Shown in pieces: positions 46,524 to 55,862 of a stretch of DNA of 59,621 nucleotides (positions are counted from its first letter, which is position 1; each line of letters begins with the position of its first letter). The stretch is from a virus. Taxonomy: Duplodnaviria; Heunggongvirae; Uroviricota; Caudoviricetes. The stretch is taken from IMG/VR virus record IMGVR_UViG_2974625098_000001, positions 1 through 59,621 of that record. One strand, 5' to 3'. The notes beneath the pieces are model-generated. The model was given only the letters and a program-made list of their open reading frames with translations. It had not been told where the DNA came from and searched no databases. A program made the position numbers and the translations under genes.

Positions 46524-46999
46524 GGTACTTCTACCTTAATGGTGACTTGCATAGGGTCCTGAGCATTAATCGTGCTCAGGACCTTGTGGTTACCTGGGTG
46601 TTTAAAGAGGGCAAGCGACGAGCTTACGTTTGGTCCGATGCGCGCAAGCGCCTAGAGAAGGCGTTCACGATGAAGCAGGTTGGCCAGATGGTCAATCGCC
46701 ATCGTGTTAACATCGAGAAGTACATCCTGGAGGGCAAGATTCGAGCCCCCGAGAGAATTTATACGCTCGACGGAAATAAAACGCCGGGTAAGTACATGTT
46801 CTCCGAAAAGGATGTATTCGAACTTCACGATTATCTGCTGACCGTTCATATCGGACGCCCTCGCAAGGATGGTAAGATTACGCCTGGTCGTATGCCTTCT
46901 CGTGCGGAGCTAAGAGCAATGATGCAGCATGACACAACTGTGTATATCAAGGCTGCCGATGGCACCTTCACACCCGTATGGAAGGAAATTGACTGGTGA
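46469..46999 (+). CDS. Putative HTH DNA-binding protein, 176 aa
   Basis: FTMKQVGQMVNRHRVNIEKYILEGKI resembles excisionase/MerR-type HTH. Confidence 0.7.
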   Translation: MGSKEGKGTRARKRSRRLRYFYLNGDLHRVLSINRAQDLVVTWVFKEGKRRAYVWSDARKRLEKAFTMKQVGQMVNRHRVNIEKYILEGKIRAPERIYTLDGNKTPGKYMFSEKDVFELHDYLLTVHIGRPRKDGKITPGRMPSRAELRAMMQHDTTVYIKAADGTFTPVWKEIDW

Positions 47000-47343
47000 C
47001 GATTAGGATTAAGAAGGCTCCACAGTTCGAAACGTTTGGCGATGAGCTGAACGCTGAGGTTGCCCTTCTCCAGGCGGCCGGGGCTATTGACATGGCTGTA
47101 TATCTTGCTGTACAGTCTGGTAACGTCGAAAAGTTGCTCGACGGAGCGGCCATGTGGATTGGCATGGCTGAGCGCCTTGCCAACGGCTTCGAGTCCGAGG
47201 AAGATGAGGACGAGCCGGTTGCCAAGTCTGGCAAGCCGCCATTTGGATTCTGTAATAATCCTGCCCCCGAGCCGGTTGAAGTAACGCCGGATATTATCGT
47301 TGAGGCAGAAGACACTGACGAAGAGGAGAACGAAGATGCATGA
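46996..47343 (+). CDS. Hypothetical acidic protein, 115 aa
   Basis: GTGA overlap; SD AAGGA. Confidence 0.8.
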   Translation: MTIRIKKAPQFETFGDELNAEVALLQAAGAIDMAVYLAVQSGNVEKLLDGAAMWIGMAERLANGFESEEDEDEPVAKSGKPPFGFCNNPAPEPVEVTPDIIVEAEDTDEEENEDA

Positions 47344-47578
47344 GGTTGTTGAGCCGAAGGGTACTCCGCACCGTATCAAGGTGAACCTGGGGTATACTCG
47401 GAACATGGGCGACTTCGAGTCGCTGCGTATGGACATCGGCCTTGAGCTGGATGGCTACGGTAACCCGAACCCGACCTTCGATAAGGCGTACAAGTTCGTG
47501 GAAGACCGTCTGATGGCACACCTTTCCGAGGTTGAGGAAGAGGTTCGTGCGGTGAAGAAGGGTAAGGTTAGGAAGTAA
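47336..47578 (+). CDS. Hypothetical protein, 80 aa (start revised)
   Basis: SD GAGGAG; VNLGYTRNMGDFESLRMD. Confidence 0.8.
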   Translation: MHEVVEPKGTPHRIKVNLGYTRNMGDFESLRMDIGLELDGYGNPNPTFDKAYKFVEDRLMAHLSEVEEEVRAVKKGKVRK

Positions 47579-47581
47579 GAT

Positions 47582-47923
47582 ATGGCCTCACAGAACGCGG
47601 AAGCGAAGCAGGCATACGCACTCATCAGTCTCTATGAGCAGTGTTTCCAAAAGAAGTACAACCGTAAGCCTCAAGTAAATCGCTTCCGCGAGAAGTGGGG
47701 CTTCATGGATATGGTCGCGGACCTCACGTACAGTGAGGCTCGTGATACGGTTGAGTATTACTTCAAGACCGGGAAGCAGGGACACCCGGTTAATTTCCTT
47801 CTCCAGAATTACGATAAGATTCACCAGTTCATGGAAGAGAAGAAGCAGGACGAGGCGAAGCGCGCAGAGCTGCGAAGGCTGACTGCGCAGCGAGTGAAGG
47901 AGATGGAAGAGAAGAATGGCTAA
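47582..47923 (+). CDS. Hypothetical protein upstream of helicase, 113 aa
   Basis: Coupled to dnaB. Confidence 0.8.
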   Translation: MASQNAEAKQAYALISLYEQCFQKKYNRKPQVNRFREKWGFMDMVADLTYSEARDTVEYYFKTGKQGHPVNFLLQNYDKIHQFMEEKKQDEAKRAELRRLTAQRVKEMEEKNG

Positions 47924-49136
47924 TACTGAACTCAAGGTTATCAACGCGGTCTGCGCCAATAAGGACATTTCCGTTCTGTACGCGGATAACGTGGATGACC
48001 TTTTCTCGGCTTATTCCGACGTGTGGAAGGGCCTCAAGGCTTACTACGACAAGTTCCACGCTGTCCCTGATTTTGGCGTCCTCCAGGATAAGTACGGCGA
48101 CCTGGACAAGGTTGACGTAAAGGCTGAGACTGCCTATTACGTTGACGAACTCAAGAACGAGTTTCTTAAGTCTCGCATGGAGCAGATTATGCTCAAGGCT
48201 GCGGAAGCCCAGCGAGACGGTGAGGCTCCGGGACGAGTCCTGGAGAAGATGAACACGGCCCTGGCTAAGCTGGGGCGCTTCACCAACAACGTCCGCGACG
48301 TTGACATTACCGACTTTGAGAATGCTGAGCAGCACATCAAGGCGGTCAAGGAGCGTAGCGCGGCCAACGGTTCGCCGGGTATTCCGACTACGTTTAAGTC
48401 CATTGACTCGGTTTACCCGACTGGTATGGCACCTGGCCACATGATTACCGTCATTGGTTGGCCGGGTAAGGCTAAGACCTGGTTCACCTCTCTCCTTGCG
48501 TGCAAGGCATGGGAGCAGGGCTTCAAGCCGATGATTGTCTCTCTTGAGATGTCTCCTGAGAATATGCGTGACCGTATTTACACCATGATGGGTTCGGGTC
48601 TTTTCCGAGCTTCGGACTTCGCCAAGGGTGATGTCAATATCGATGACTTCCACGCATGGGGTAAGCGTCGGTTCGACAATAAGGGCGGCTTCGTGGTAGT
48701 ATCAAACGAAGGCGTTTCCGATGTTACGCCGAATACGGTTCAGGCTAAGATTGACCAGCACAAGCCCGACCTGGTTATCTGTGACTACCACCAGTTGTTC
48801 CAGAACAACGGTAAGTCCAACAGCCCGACCGAGCGAGGAATGGCGGTTTCGCGAGAGTTCAAGATGCTCGCGGTGACCAATAATATCCCGCTTATCGATA
48901 TTACGGCTGCAACCCAGAGCGATGTGTCTGACCGGGACTCGCCTCCGATGATGAGCCAGGTTGCGTGGTCTAAGGCTATCGAGTACGATAGCGACATGGC
49001 CTTCGCGGTTCACAAGAACGACGAGTCTGGCCTGGTTGAGATTGTGTGTCGGAAGAACCGCCACGGCGGGATGTTCGACTTCTTCCTCGAATGGGACATC
49101 GACCGTGGTATCATCAAGGAGCGATTCGACCTTTGA
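47916..49136 (+). CDS. dnaB: Replicative DnaB-like helicase
   Basis: Walker A variant GWPGKAKT, SLEM, VICDY, IEYDSD, KNRHG. Confidence 0.95.
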   Translation: MANTELKVINAVCANKDISVLYADNVDDLFSAYSDVWKGLKAYYDKFHAVPDFGVLQDKYGDLDKVDVKAETAYYVDELKNEFLKSRMEQIMLKAAEAQRDGEAPGRVLEKMNTALAKLGRFTNNVRDVDITDFENAEQHIKAVKERSAANGSPGIPTTFKSIDSVYPTGMAPGHMITVIGWPGKAKTWFTSLLACKAWEQGFKPMIVSLEMSPENMRDRIYTMMGSGLFRASDFAKGDVNIDDFHAWGKRRFDNKGGFVVVSNEGVSDVTPNTVQAKIDQHKPDLVICDYHQLFQNNGKSNSPTERGMAVSREFKMLAVTNNIPLIDITAATQSDVSDRDSPPMMSQVAWSKAIEYDSDMAFAVHKNDESGLVEIVCRKNRHGGMFDFFLEWDIDRGIIKERFDL

Positions 49137-49139
49137 GAG

Positions 49140-49460
49140 ATGCACAAGACAATTAAGAGATTTGCGATGGAGGGCAAAGTTGGCGACGATGCTGACTTTG
49201 CCCGTCTTCGTTCTCAATACGAAACACTGCTGGTAAGAAATATGAGGGACCAAGGGTACGTTCCCGTACTTGACCTTGGTCCCTATTGGTCTACCAGCTA
49301 CTACAAGGACAAGGACGAATACGATTTCGTGCTGTCCGTTTACGGAGTTTATCTTGGGAGGAGGCGTTCATGGGAGGTAGAGGGAATTTCGGCGGGAAGG
49401 GAAGTAAGGAGACTTACACCCCGAACCAAGTCGAAGCCACCCTCGGAGCCTGCGGAGTAG
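49140..49460 (+). CDS. Hypothetical protein, 106 aa
   Basis: Coding-like; overlaps primase start. Confidence 0.75.
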   Translation: MHKTIKRFAMEGKVGDDADFARLRSQYETLLVRNMRDQGYVPVLDLGPYWSTSYYKDKDEYDFVLSVYGVYLGRRRSWEVEGISAGREVRRLTPRTKSKPPSEPAE

Positions 49461-50452
49461 AGGTTGAAGGTGAGACGACGAATGACTTCCTATGCTTTTG
49501 CCCCTTCCACGGGAATAGGCACAGTCCCTCGTTCAGCGTCTCACGAACCAACGGTGCTTACATTTGCTTTAACCACTCGTGCGGTGCCACTGGTACCCTG
49601 ATTGAGCTGGTTAAGAAGACGACGAACCGCAACGAGTTTGAGGCTCGTCGTATGATTCTTAAGAAGGCAAGTGAAACTCAGCAGGCTTTCGAAGATAAAC
49701 TAAAGCAGGCGCTTTCGCCTACTGTCGATTTTGTTGAATTTCCGCAGAAGACGCTCGACCGCATGTACGAGGACTTTTGGAAGTACAATGAGCCCGTAGA
49801 CTACATGATTCAAACGCGCGGGTTTACCGAGGAGACCTTGCGGTACTTCAAGGTAGGCTTTTCTCTCAAGCGAGAGATTATCGCAGTCCCCATGCACGAC
49901 CCCAAGGGAATGCCGGTCGGTGTAATTGGCCGTCCAGCCGACCCTGAGAACAAGTTCTTCAAGAACTCCAAGGGACTGCCGACCAGCAAGACGCTGTGGA
50001 ACCTGCATCGAGCTAAGCGGACAGGTGATACAGTGATTATCTGCGAAGCCTCGTTCGACGCGATGCGGATTCATCAGGCCGGTTATCCGAACGTGGTAGC
50101 CTGTCTCGGTGGTAACTTTAGTCCGTACCACTTTGACCTGCTGGACAAGCACTTCTCGAATATCGTCATCATGACGGACTTTGACAAGAAGGAGAAGCAC
50201 ACCTACACTGGCTGTAGGAAGTGCAAGAAGCGCGGGCTGAATATCTGCGCTGGCCATAATCCTGGACGAGACCTTGGCGCGACAATTGCGGCGGGTCTGA
50301 ACAGGAAGAAAATCCTCTGGGCTTCATACGAGGATAAGGTAATCTACCCTGGCAATGCTAAGGATGCTGGGGACATGACTGACGACGAAATTCGTCAGTG
50401 TCTTAGGAACGCTGTCAGCAACTTCGTCTATGAGGGTTGGCGCATCTACTAG
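49370..50452 (+). CDS. dnaG: DNA primase (CHC2 zinc finger plus Toprim), start revised
   Basis: SD GGAGGAGG; CPFH...CFNHSC; ICEASFDAM; MTDFD. Confidence 0.9.
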   Translation: MGGRGNFGGKGSKETYTPNQVEATLGACGVEVEGETTNDFLCFCPFHGNRHSPSFSVSRTNGAYICFNHSCGATGTLIELVKKTTNRNEFEARRMILKKASETQQAFEDKLKQALSPTVDFVEFPQKTLDRMYEDFWKYNEPVDYMIQTRGFTEETLRYFKVGFSLKREIIAVPMHDPKGMPVGVIGRPADPENKFFKNSKGLPTSKTLWNLHRAKRTGDTVIICEASFDAMRIHQAGYPNVVACLGGNFSPYHFDLLDKHFSNIVIMTDFDKKEKHTYTGCRKCKKRGLNICAGHNPGRDLGATIAAGLNRKKILWASYEDKVIYPGNAKDAGDMTDDEIRQCLRNAVSNFVYEGWRIY

Positions 50453-50457
50453 GACAG

Positions 50458-50511
50458 TGGGAGGAAATAATCCTCCCCAAGCTTGCCGTCGGGTCCGCCT
50501 GATGGTACAAT
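50458..50511 (+). promoter_or_regulatory. Hairpin then promoter for SSB
   Basis: gggagga/tcctccc hairpin; TTGCCG-17-TACAAT. Confidence 0.75.
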
Positions 50512-50573
50512 AGATACATAAAGCAGGCTCAAAGAAATAGTAGCCTCGAATACATACACTAGGAGAAAAAATA

Positions 50574-51314
50574 ATGGCAGTTGTTAAGGGCCTCGCGGCT
50601 ATCAAGGCACACCAGAAGGAGCAGGCTGAGAAGGCTGCTAACCGTGGTGGTTTCCCGGAGATGTTCTACCGGGTGTTCCCGAAGGTTGTTGGGAATGAGA
50701 TTGTGGTTCGGTTCCTCCAGGAGCTTGACCCCGACATGACGAATTACAGCGAGGACCGAGGCATCGGCGTTATCGCGGTTGAGCACCAGTCCGGTGGTCT
50801 GAATGGCGAGGAGGCTCCTAAGCGAGGCTTCATGTACAAGGCCGTTTGCACCGCTGGTGAGGGTGACTGCTACGGTTGTGAGCGTCACAAGGAGAACTAC
50901 AAGGCTGGTTGGAGGCCGCAGCAGAGCCTCTACATCAACGTCCTGGCCGAGGTTGAGGGTGAGCTTAAGACCTTCGTTCTCTCTAAGGGTGCTAACTCTT
51001 CCTTCGTCCAGTCGCTTATTCAGGAGGCTGTTGACGAGGGTTCCATCACGGACGCGAACTACCGAATCACCAAGACTGGTGAGGGTACTTCCACCCAGTG
51101 GCTCCTTAAGCGTCTCAAGAGCGAGCCTCTTGACGACAGCAACGCGCAGGTTTGGGACCTTGAGGGTAGTGTTCTAAAGAACATTGCTTACGAGGACCAG
51201 GCCGAGTTCTACGGCAAGGCTCACCCGCAGGGTAACTTCACCCCGCGTGAGGATTCCGGTTCTTCTTCCGCTCCTGCCCGTCCGGCTGCTTCGGACGACA
51301 ACGACGAGTGGTAA
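50574..51314 (+). CDS. Single-stranded DNA-binding protein (gp32-like)
   Basis: VRFL, C...C..C element, YRITKTGEGTSTQW, acidic C-terminus DDNDEW. Confidence 0.8.
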   Translation: MAVVKGLAAIKAHQKEQAEKAANRGGFPEMFYRVFPKVVGNEIVVRFLQELDPDMTNYSEDRGIGVIAVEHQSGGLNGEEAPKRGFMYKAVCTAGEGDCYGCERHKENYKAGWRPQQSLYINVLAEVEGELKTFVLSKGANSSFVQSLIQEAVDEGSITDANYRITKTGEGTSTQWLLKRLKSEPLDDSNAQVWDLEGSVLKNIAYEDQAEFYGKAHPQGNFTPREDSGSSSAPARPAASDDNDEW

Positions 51315-51325
51315 AATAACCTAGC

Positions 51326-51356
51326 GAGGGCCACCCTGGACAACAGGGTGGCCCTT
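51326..51356 (+). terminator. Terminator hairpin overlapping HNH promoter
   Basis: agggccaccctg-gacaa-cagggtggccct; TGGACA-18-TATTAT, ATG 7 nt later. Confidence 0.75.
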
Positions 51357-51373
51357 CTGCTATTATTAAGCTT

Positions 51374-51670
51374 ATGAGTTTCGAGTTCACGGAGGAGTAC
51401 AAGACCTACATCCGTAGTCCCCGATGGAAAGCTGTGTGCCAGAGAGCCTACGCTACCTACGGAAAACGATGTATGGCCTGTGGCTCCCCCAGAAAATTGC
51501 ATGTGCATCATGCAACCTATGATAGATTTGGACGCGAGCTAATTGCCGACCTGCGGGTTGTGTGCGATAGCTGTCACCGTGGCATCCACGCCATGCACCG
51601 TTCCAACCGCAACATCAGCTTGATGCTTGTGACCCAACGATATATACTAGCCAAGAGAGCTAGAAAGTAA
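51374..51670 (+). CDS. HNH endonuclease, 98 aa
   Basis: RCMACG...HVHH...CDSCH. Confidence 0.9.
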   Translation: MSFEFTEEYKTYIRSPRWKAVCQRAYATYGKRCMACGSPRKLHVHHATYDRFGRELIADLRVVCDSCHRGIHAMHRSNRNISLMLVTQRYILAKRARK

Positions 51671-51702
51671 GCCCCCCGACGAGCCTATAACCGGGGGCTT
51701 TC
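51669..51702 (+). terminator. Terminator-like hairpin before dnaE
   Basis: aagccccccg...cgggggctt-tct. Confidence 0.65.
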
Positions 51703-51722
51703 TAATTTAAGGAGAAAAGGCT

Positions 51723-54700
51723 TTGGCTTACACCGAACTGCATTTGCACGACTACTATTCGACCCTTGATGGTCTGAATTCCCCTGCTGAGTACATGAAG
51801 CGCGCCAAGGAGCTTGGCATGACGCATCTGGCTCAGACTAATCACGGTACGCTCGGAGGCCACCGTGAATTCCAGAAGGCCGCTGTAGACGCGGGTATTG
51901 TTCCGATTCTGGGTGTGGAGGCTTACATTTCTCCCACCGACCGCTTCGATAAGCGAGCGAAGAACAAGCGTACTGACGGCACCAACACCTACAACCACCT
52001 GATTATCCTTGCGCAGAACGAAACGGGTCTCAAGACTCTCAACGCGCTGAACGAAATTGCGTGGACGGAGGGCTTTTACAACAAGCCTCGTATCGACATG
52101 GATGCTCTTGAGGAGCACAACGACGGACTGATTGTTCTGTCTGGCTGCCTCAACTCCATGATTTGCAAGGCGATTGAGGCTGGGAACCCGGACGAGGCCA
52201 TTCGCATCGCTCAGCGGTTCCAGAGCATTTTTGGCGACGGCTTCTTTATGGAGGTCCAGGCTCACAACCCGGTAGAAATGAACCAAGCGCTGCTTTCCAT
52301 CGCGGATAAGCTGCACATCATGCCGGTGGTTACGTCTGACTGTCACTACGCTCGTAAGGAAGACCTGTGGATTGAAGAGGCGATGCTGATTCTCTCCACC
52401 AACCCGAAGTTCGAAAAGAACATCGACCTCAAGAAGTCTCAGAAGATGGAGATTCTTGAGCGGTTCAACTACCTGTACCCTGACCGCACGATGACCTTCG
52501 AGCAGATTGAGATTTACCTCCGGTCGGCTCAGGAGCAGTTGAATGCGTTTAAGGCGCAGGGTATTGACCGTGAGGATATCGTCAAGAACACCGAGCTTAT
52601 TGCTCAGTCGATTGGCGAATACCCGTTCCACCAGGGTCTCGACCTTCTGCCTAAGCCGAAGAACGGTAACCCTGACGACCTTCTGGAGAAGAAGGCACGG
52701 GCGGGTCTGCGTACTCGTGGATTCGACAAGAACCCTGAGTATGTCGCACGTCTGGAGGAGGAGCTGGAGATTATCAAGTCTAAGGACTTCTCCACGTACT
52801 TCCTTGTCGTTGCGAACATGATTAAGTGGTCTAAGGACCAGGGTATTCTGGTTGGGCCGGGTCGTGGTTCTGGTGCTGGTTCCCTCGTGAACTACGCTCT
52901 GGGAATTACTGACGTTGACCCAATTAAGTACGGCCTGCTGTTCTTCCGCTTTATCAACCCTGAGCGTAACGACTTCCCGGATATTGACACCGACTTTGAG
53001 GACCGTCGTCGTGGCGAGGTGAAGGATTATCTTCGTCGGAAGTTCACCCATGTGGCTTCTATTGCGACGTTCGGATACTTCAAGGATAAGGGTGTCGTCC
53101 GAGATGCAGCACGCGTTTACCGCATTCCGATTTCTGAGGTGAACAAGGCACTCAAGAGCGTTACGACGTTCGAAGAGTTCCAGACCTCGGACAGCACCAA
53201 GGAATTCCGGGAGAAGTACCCCGAGGTTGAGAAGTTGGCTGACCAGCTTCGCGGCCGGATTCGTAACACGGGTATGCACGCGGCCGGTGTGGTTATCGCT
53301 AAGGAGCCTATTGCAAAGTACGCTCCGATTGAGACCGCTAAGGACCCGAACGACCCGAGCGGTGTCCGTCTTCCTCTTGTCGCAATGGACATGAACGAGG
53401 CGGCTGACCTTGGTCTGATTAAGTTGGATGCCCTGGGCCTCAAGTGTCTTTCGGTAATCGATGACACTTTGGAGATGGTCAAGGAGCGCCACGGTCGTAA
53501 TATCGTGCTCCAGGACATTGACCTGGAGGACAAGAAGGTCTACGAGATGCTTTCCGGTGGCTACACCAAGGGCGTCTTTCAGTGTGAGGCTGTGCCTTAC
53601 ACGAACCTGATTCTCAAGATGGGCGGGGTTCATTCATTTGCTGAGCTGGCAGCGTCTAACGCTCTGGTTCGTCCGGGTGCAATGAACACCATTGGTGCCG
53701 AGTACATCGCTCGTAAGAACGGTGAGTCCACGGTTACCTTTGCTCATGAGGACATGCGGTCCTTTACTGAGGAGACGTACGGAGAAATTCTGTACCAGGA
53801 GCAGGTTATGCTTGCCATGACCGAACTGGCTGGAATGTCGATGGCGACTGCCGATAAGGTCCGTAAGATTATCGGTAAGAAGAAGGACGTTACCGAGTTC
53901 GAGCAGTACCGTGCTGAGTTTGTTGAGGGTGCTAGCAAGAAGGTCTCTCCGTCGATTGCCGAGAAGTTGTGGCATGACTTTGAGGCTCACGCCGGTTATT
54001 CGTTCAACAAGTCTCACGCTGTGGCATACTCGATGCTGTCTTACTGGACAGCTTTCCTCAAGCGGTACTACCCGCTGGAGTTCATGTACGCCACGCTCAA
54101 GAATGAGAACGACAAGGATGCTCGTACCGAGTACCTGATTGAGGCTAAGCGTCTGGGCGTTTCGGTGAAGTTGCCGCACGTCAATTCGTCTGGTCTCGAC
54201 TTCACCATTCAGGACAATGCAATTCGATTCGGTCTGTCGAATATCAAGTTCATCTCCGATAACCTCGGAGGCAGGCTGATTGAGGCTCGTCCGTTCGAGA
54301 ATTACGCGGCGCTGGTTGATAAGGTCATGGAGAAGGGCAACGGCCTTTCGACTCGTGTCCTTGCGGCTCTAAACGCTGTAGGCGCGGCTACCTTCCCGGA
54401 CAACCCGAAGCGAGGGGATGAAAGGAATAACTTCTACGAGTACCTAAACATCCCTGCGTTTGAGACTCCGGATATTCCTCCGGGCGTCAAGGCTCAGTTC
54501 CGCACGCTGGATGAGTTCGAGGAGTCCGGTTGCTTCGCAGTTCTCGGAATGGTGAAGGGAATTAAGCGCGGTACCGGCTGGTCCCGGATTGAGGTTGTCG
54601 ATGAGACCGGAACGGCGGGTATTTTCCACACGGAGAATACGCCTATCGAGCCTGGGTCCATGTATGCTATGCTGGTAGCCGATAACCGGGTTGCTCGTTA

Positions 54701-55010
54701 TGTCACGGTGGATGAGCTGACCAGGGGCAGCACGAATACGTTCGTCAAGCACCTGTTCACCAAGTCTTACCGGGACCTGACCGAGGGCTTTTACCGGGTG
54801 GTTTCTTTCCAGTCTCACAAGACGAAGGCTGGCAAGAATATGGCTTATCTCGTCTTGAGCGATGCAGAGAAGAATCTGACTCGTGTCCTTGCATTCCCCC
54901 AGATGTTCCATAAGGCATATGGGTTCTGCAAGGAAGGCTCGACCGTTGAGGCCGAGTTTGGTCACACCGAGGACGGAACCGTGTTCCTGCGAGAAGTAAT
55001 CGGTCGATGA
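51723..55010 (+). CDS. dnaE: DNA polymerase III alpha subunit (family C)
   Basis: PHP domain HLH..YS.LDG; GPGRGSGAGS; FPDIDTDF; KLDALGL; YSFNKSHA; TTG start with SD AAGGAG. Confidence 0.97.
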   Translation: MAYTELHLHDYYSTLDGLNSPAEYMKRAKELGMTHLAQTNHGTLGGHREFQKAAVDAGIVPILGVEAYISPTDRFDKRAKNKRTDGTNTYNHLIILAQNETGLKTLNALNEIAWTEGFYNKPRIDMDALEEHNDGLIVLSGCLNSMICKAIEAGNPDEAIRIAQRFQSIFGDGFFMEVQAHNPVEMNQALLSIADKLHIMPVVTSDCHYARKEDLWIEEAMLILSTNPKFEKNIDLKKSQKMEILERFNYLYPDRTMTFEQIEIYLRSAQEQLNAFKAQGIDREDIVKNTELIAQSIGEYPFHQGLDLLPKPKNGNPDDLLEKKARAGLRTRGFDKNPEYVARLEEELEIIKSKDFSTYFLVVANMIKWSKDQGILVGPGRGSGAGSLVNYALGITDVDPIKYGLLFFRFINPERNDFPDIDTDFEDRRRGEVKDYLRRKFTHVASIATFGYFKDKGVVRDAARVYRIPISEVNKALKSVTTFEEFQTSDSTKEFREKYPEVEKLADQLRGRIRNTGMHAAGVVIAKEPIAKYAPIETAKDPNDPSGVRLPLVAMDMNEAADLGLIKLDALGLKCLSVIDDTLEMVKERHGRNIVLQDIDLEDKKVYEMLSGGYTKGVFQCEAVPYTNLILKMGGVHSFAELAASNALVRPGAMNTIGAEYIARKNGESTVTFAHEDMRSFTEETYGEILYQEQVMLAMTELAGMSMATADKVRKIIGKKKDVTEFEQYRAEFVEGASKKVSPSIAEKLWHDFEAHAGYSFNKSHAVAYSMLSYWTAFLKRYYPLEFMYATLKNENDKDARTEYLIEAKRLGVSVKLPHVNSSGLDFTIQDNAIRFGLSNIKFISDNLGGRLIEARPFENYAALVDKVMEKGNGLSTRVLAALNAVGAATFPDNPKRGDERNNFYEYLNIPAFETPDIPPGVKAQFRTLDEFEESGCFAVLGMVKGIKRGTGWSRIEVVDETGTAGIFHTENTPIEPGSMYAMLVADNRVARYVTVDELTRGSTNTFVKHLFTKSYRDLTEGFYRVVSFQSHKTKAGKNMAYLVLSDAEKNLTRVLAFPQMFHKAYGFCKEGSTVEAEFGHTEDGTVFLREVIGR

Positions 55011-55054
55011 CCTGGCTGCCCCTTCGGGGGCAGCAAGCTTATCCAAGGAGGAAA

Positions 55055-55246
55055 ATGACAGAGCCAACACAGATTGACCTGGGACCGTTCCTGATGGCGG
55101 CAATTGATGAGGCGGGTGGCACTATTCGCATCCCCTACGACACCTTCCGCAATCAGAAGGCACCCAGAGCTATCGCATTCGACATTGAGGACGATGGAGC
55201 TACCATCGCCATGAGCATCGTTGAGGAGATTCCCGTTGAGGATTGA
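55055..55246 (+). CDS. Hypothetical protein, 63 aa (start revised)
   Basis: SD AAGGAGG; preceded by GCTGCCCC-TTCG-GGGGCAGC hairpin. Confidence 0.8.
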   Translation: MTEPTQIDLGPFLMAAIDEAGGTIRIPYDTFRNQKAPRAIAFDIEDDGATIAMSIVEEIPVED

Positions 55247-55673
55247 GTTCATTCGTCTGGAGAATGAAGCCCAGGCACCGCGCTACGCCCGCTACGGAGA
55301 CGCTGGAGCGGATATTACAACGTGTCATAATTTCGTCCTGGCTCCTGGTGAGCGCGCAATTGTTGGCACGGGTATCGCAATTGCTCTGCCCGATGGCTAC
55401 GCGGCCTTCGTGCACCCTCGTTCGGGTCTGGCGGCAAAGGCGGGGATTTCCGTCGTAAATGCGCCGGGTACGATTGACTCTGGTTATCGTGGAGAGGTCA
55501 AGGTTATTCTGATTAACCTTGGCAGCCAGCCATATGAGTTCACGATTGGCGAGCGTATTGCTCAGCTCGTTATCCAGCGATACGAGATTGCCGAATTCGT
55601 TGAGGTCGATTACCTTGACGAAACCGAGCGAGGTTCTAACGGATTTGGCTCGACTGGAACGGTTACCGTATAG
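55236..55673 (+). CDS. dut: Trimeric dUTPase (TTG start revised)
   Basis: DAGADI, PRSGLAAK, GTIDSGYRGEV, GERIAQL, RGSNGFGSTG. Confidence 0.95.
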   Translation: MRIEFIRLENEAQAPRYARYGDAGADITTCHNFVLAPGERAIVGTGIAIALPDGYAAFVHPRSGLAAKAGISVVNAPGTIDSGYRGEVKVILINLGSQPYEFTIGERIAQLVIQRYEIAEFVEVDYLDETERGSNGFGSTGTVTV

Positions 55674-55685
55674 TATACTGAACAT

Positions 55686-55862
55686 ATGGTAAACGGATAC
55701 TTCCTCCGGGGAGTCAACGAAGACCACATCCTGGTTTTTCGCTCTGACGACCCGGAGGAACTTTTGCGTATTATTCAGCGGCTGTGCGCCAGTCGCGATA
55801 AACAAATGAAGGCGCTTGCCCAACAACTAGAACTGAATTGGTACGAAGGAGAAAAAAAGTAA
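55686..55862 (+). CDS. Hypothetical protein, 58 aa (not in ORF track)
   Basis: MVNGYFLRGVNEDHILVFRSDDPEELL...; TATACT 6 nt upstream; abuts recA. Confidence 0.75.
   Translation: MVNGYFLRGVNEDHILVFRSDDPEELLRIIQRLCASRDKQMKALAQQLELNWYEGEKK

Noticed and set aside
51702-54179. Long antisense ORFs (643 and 181 aa) opposite dnaE
   Set aside because: Shadows of strong codon bias; no SD, no motifs, fully overlapping a clear gene.
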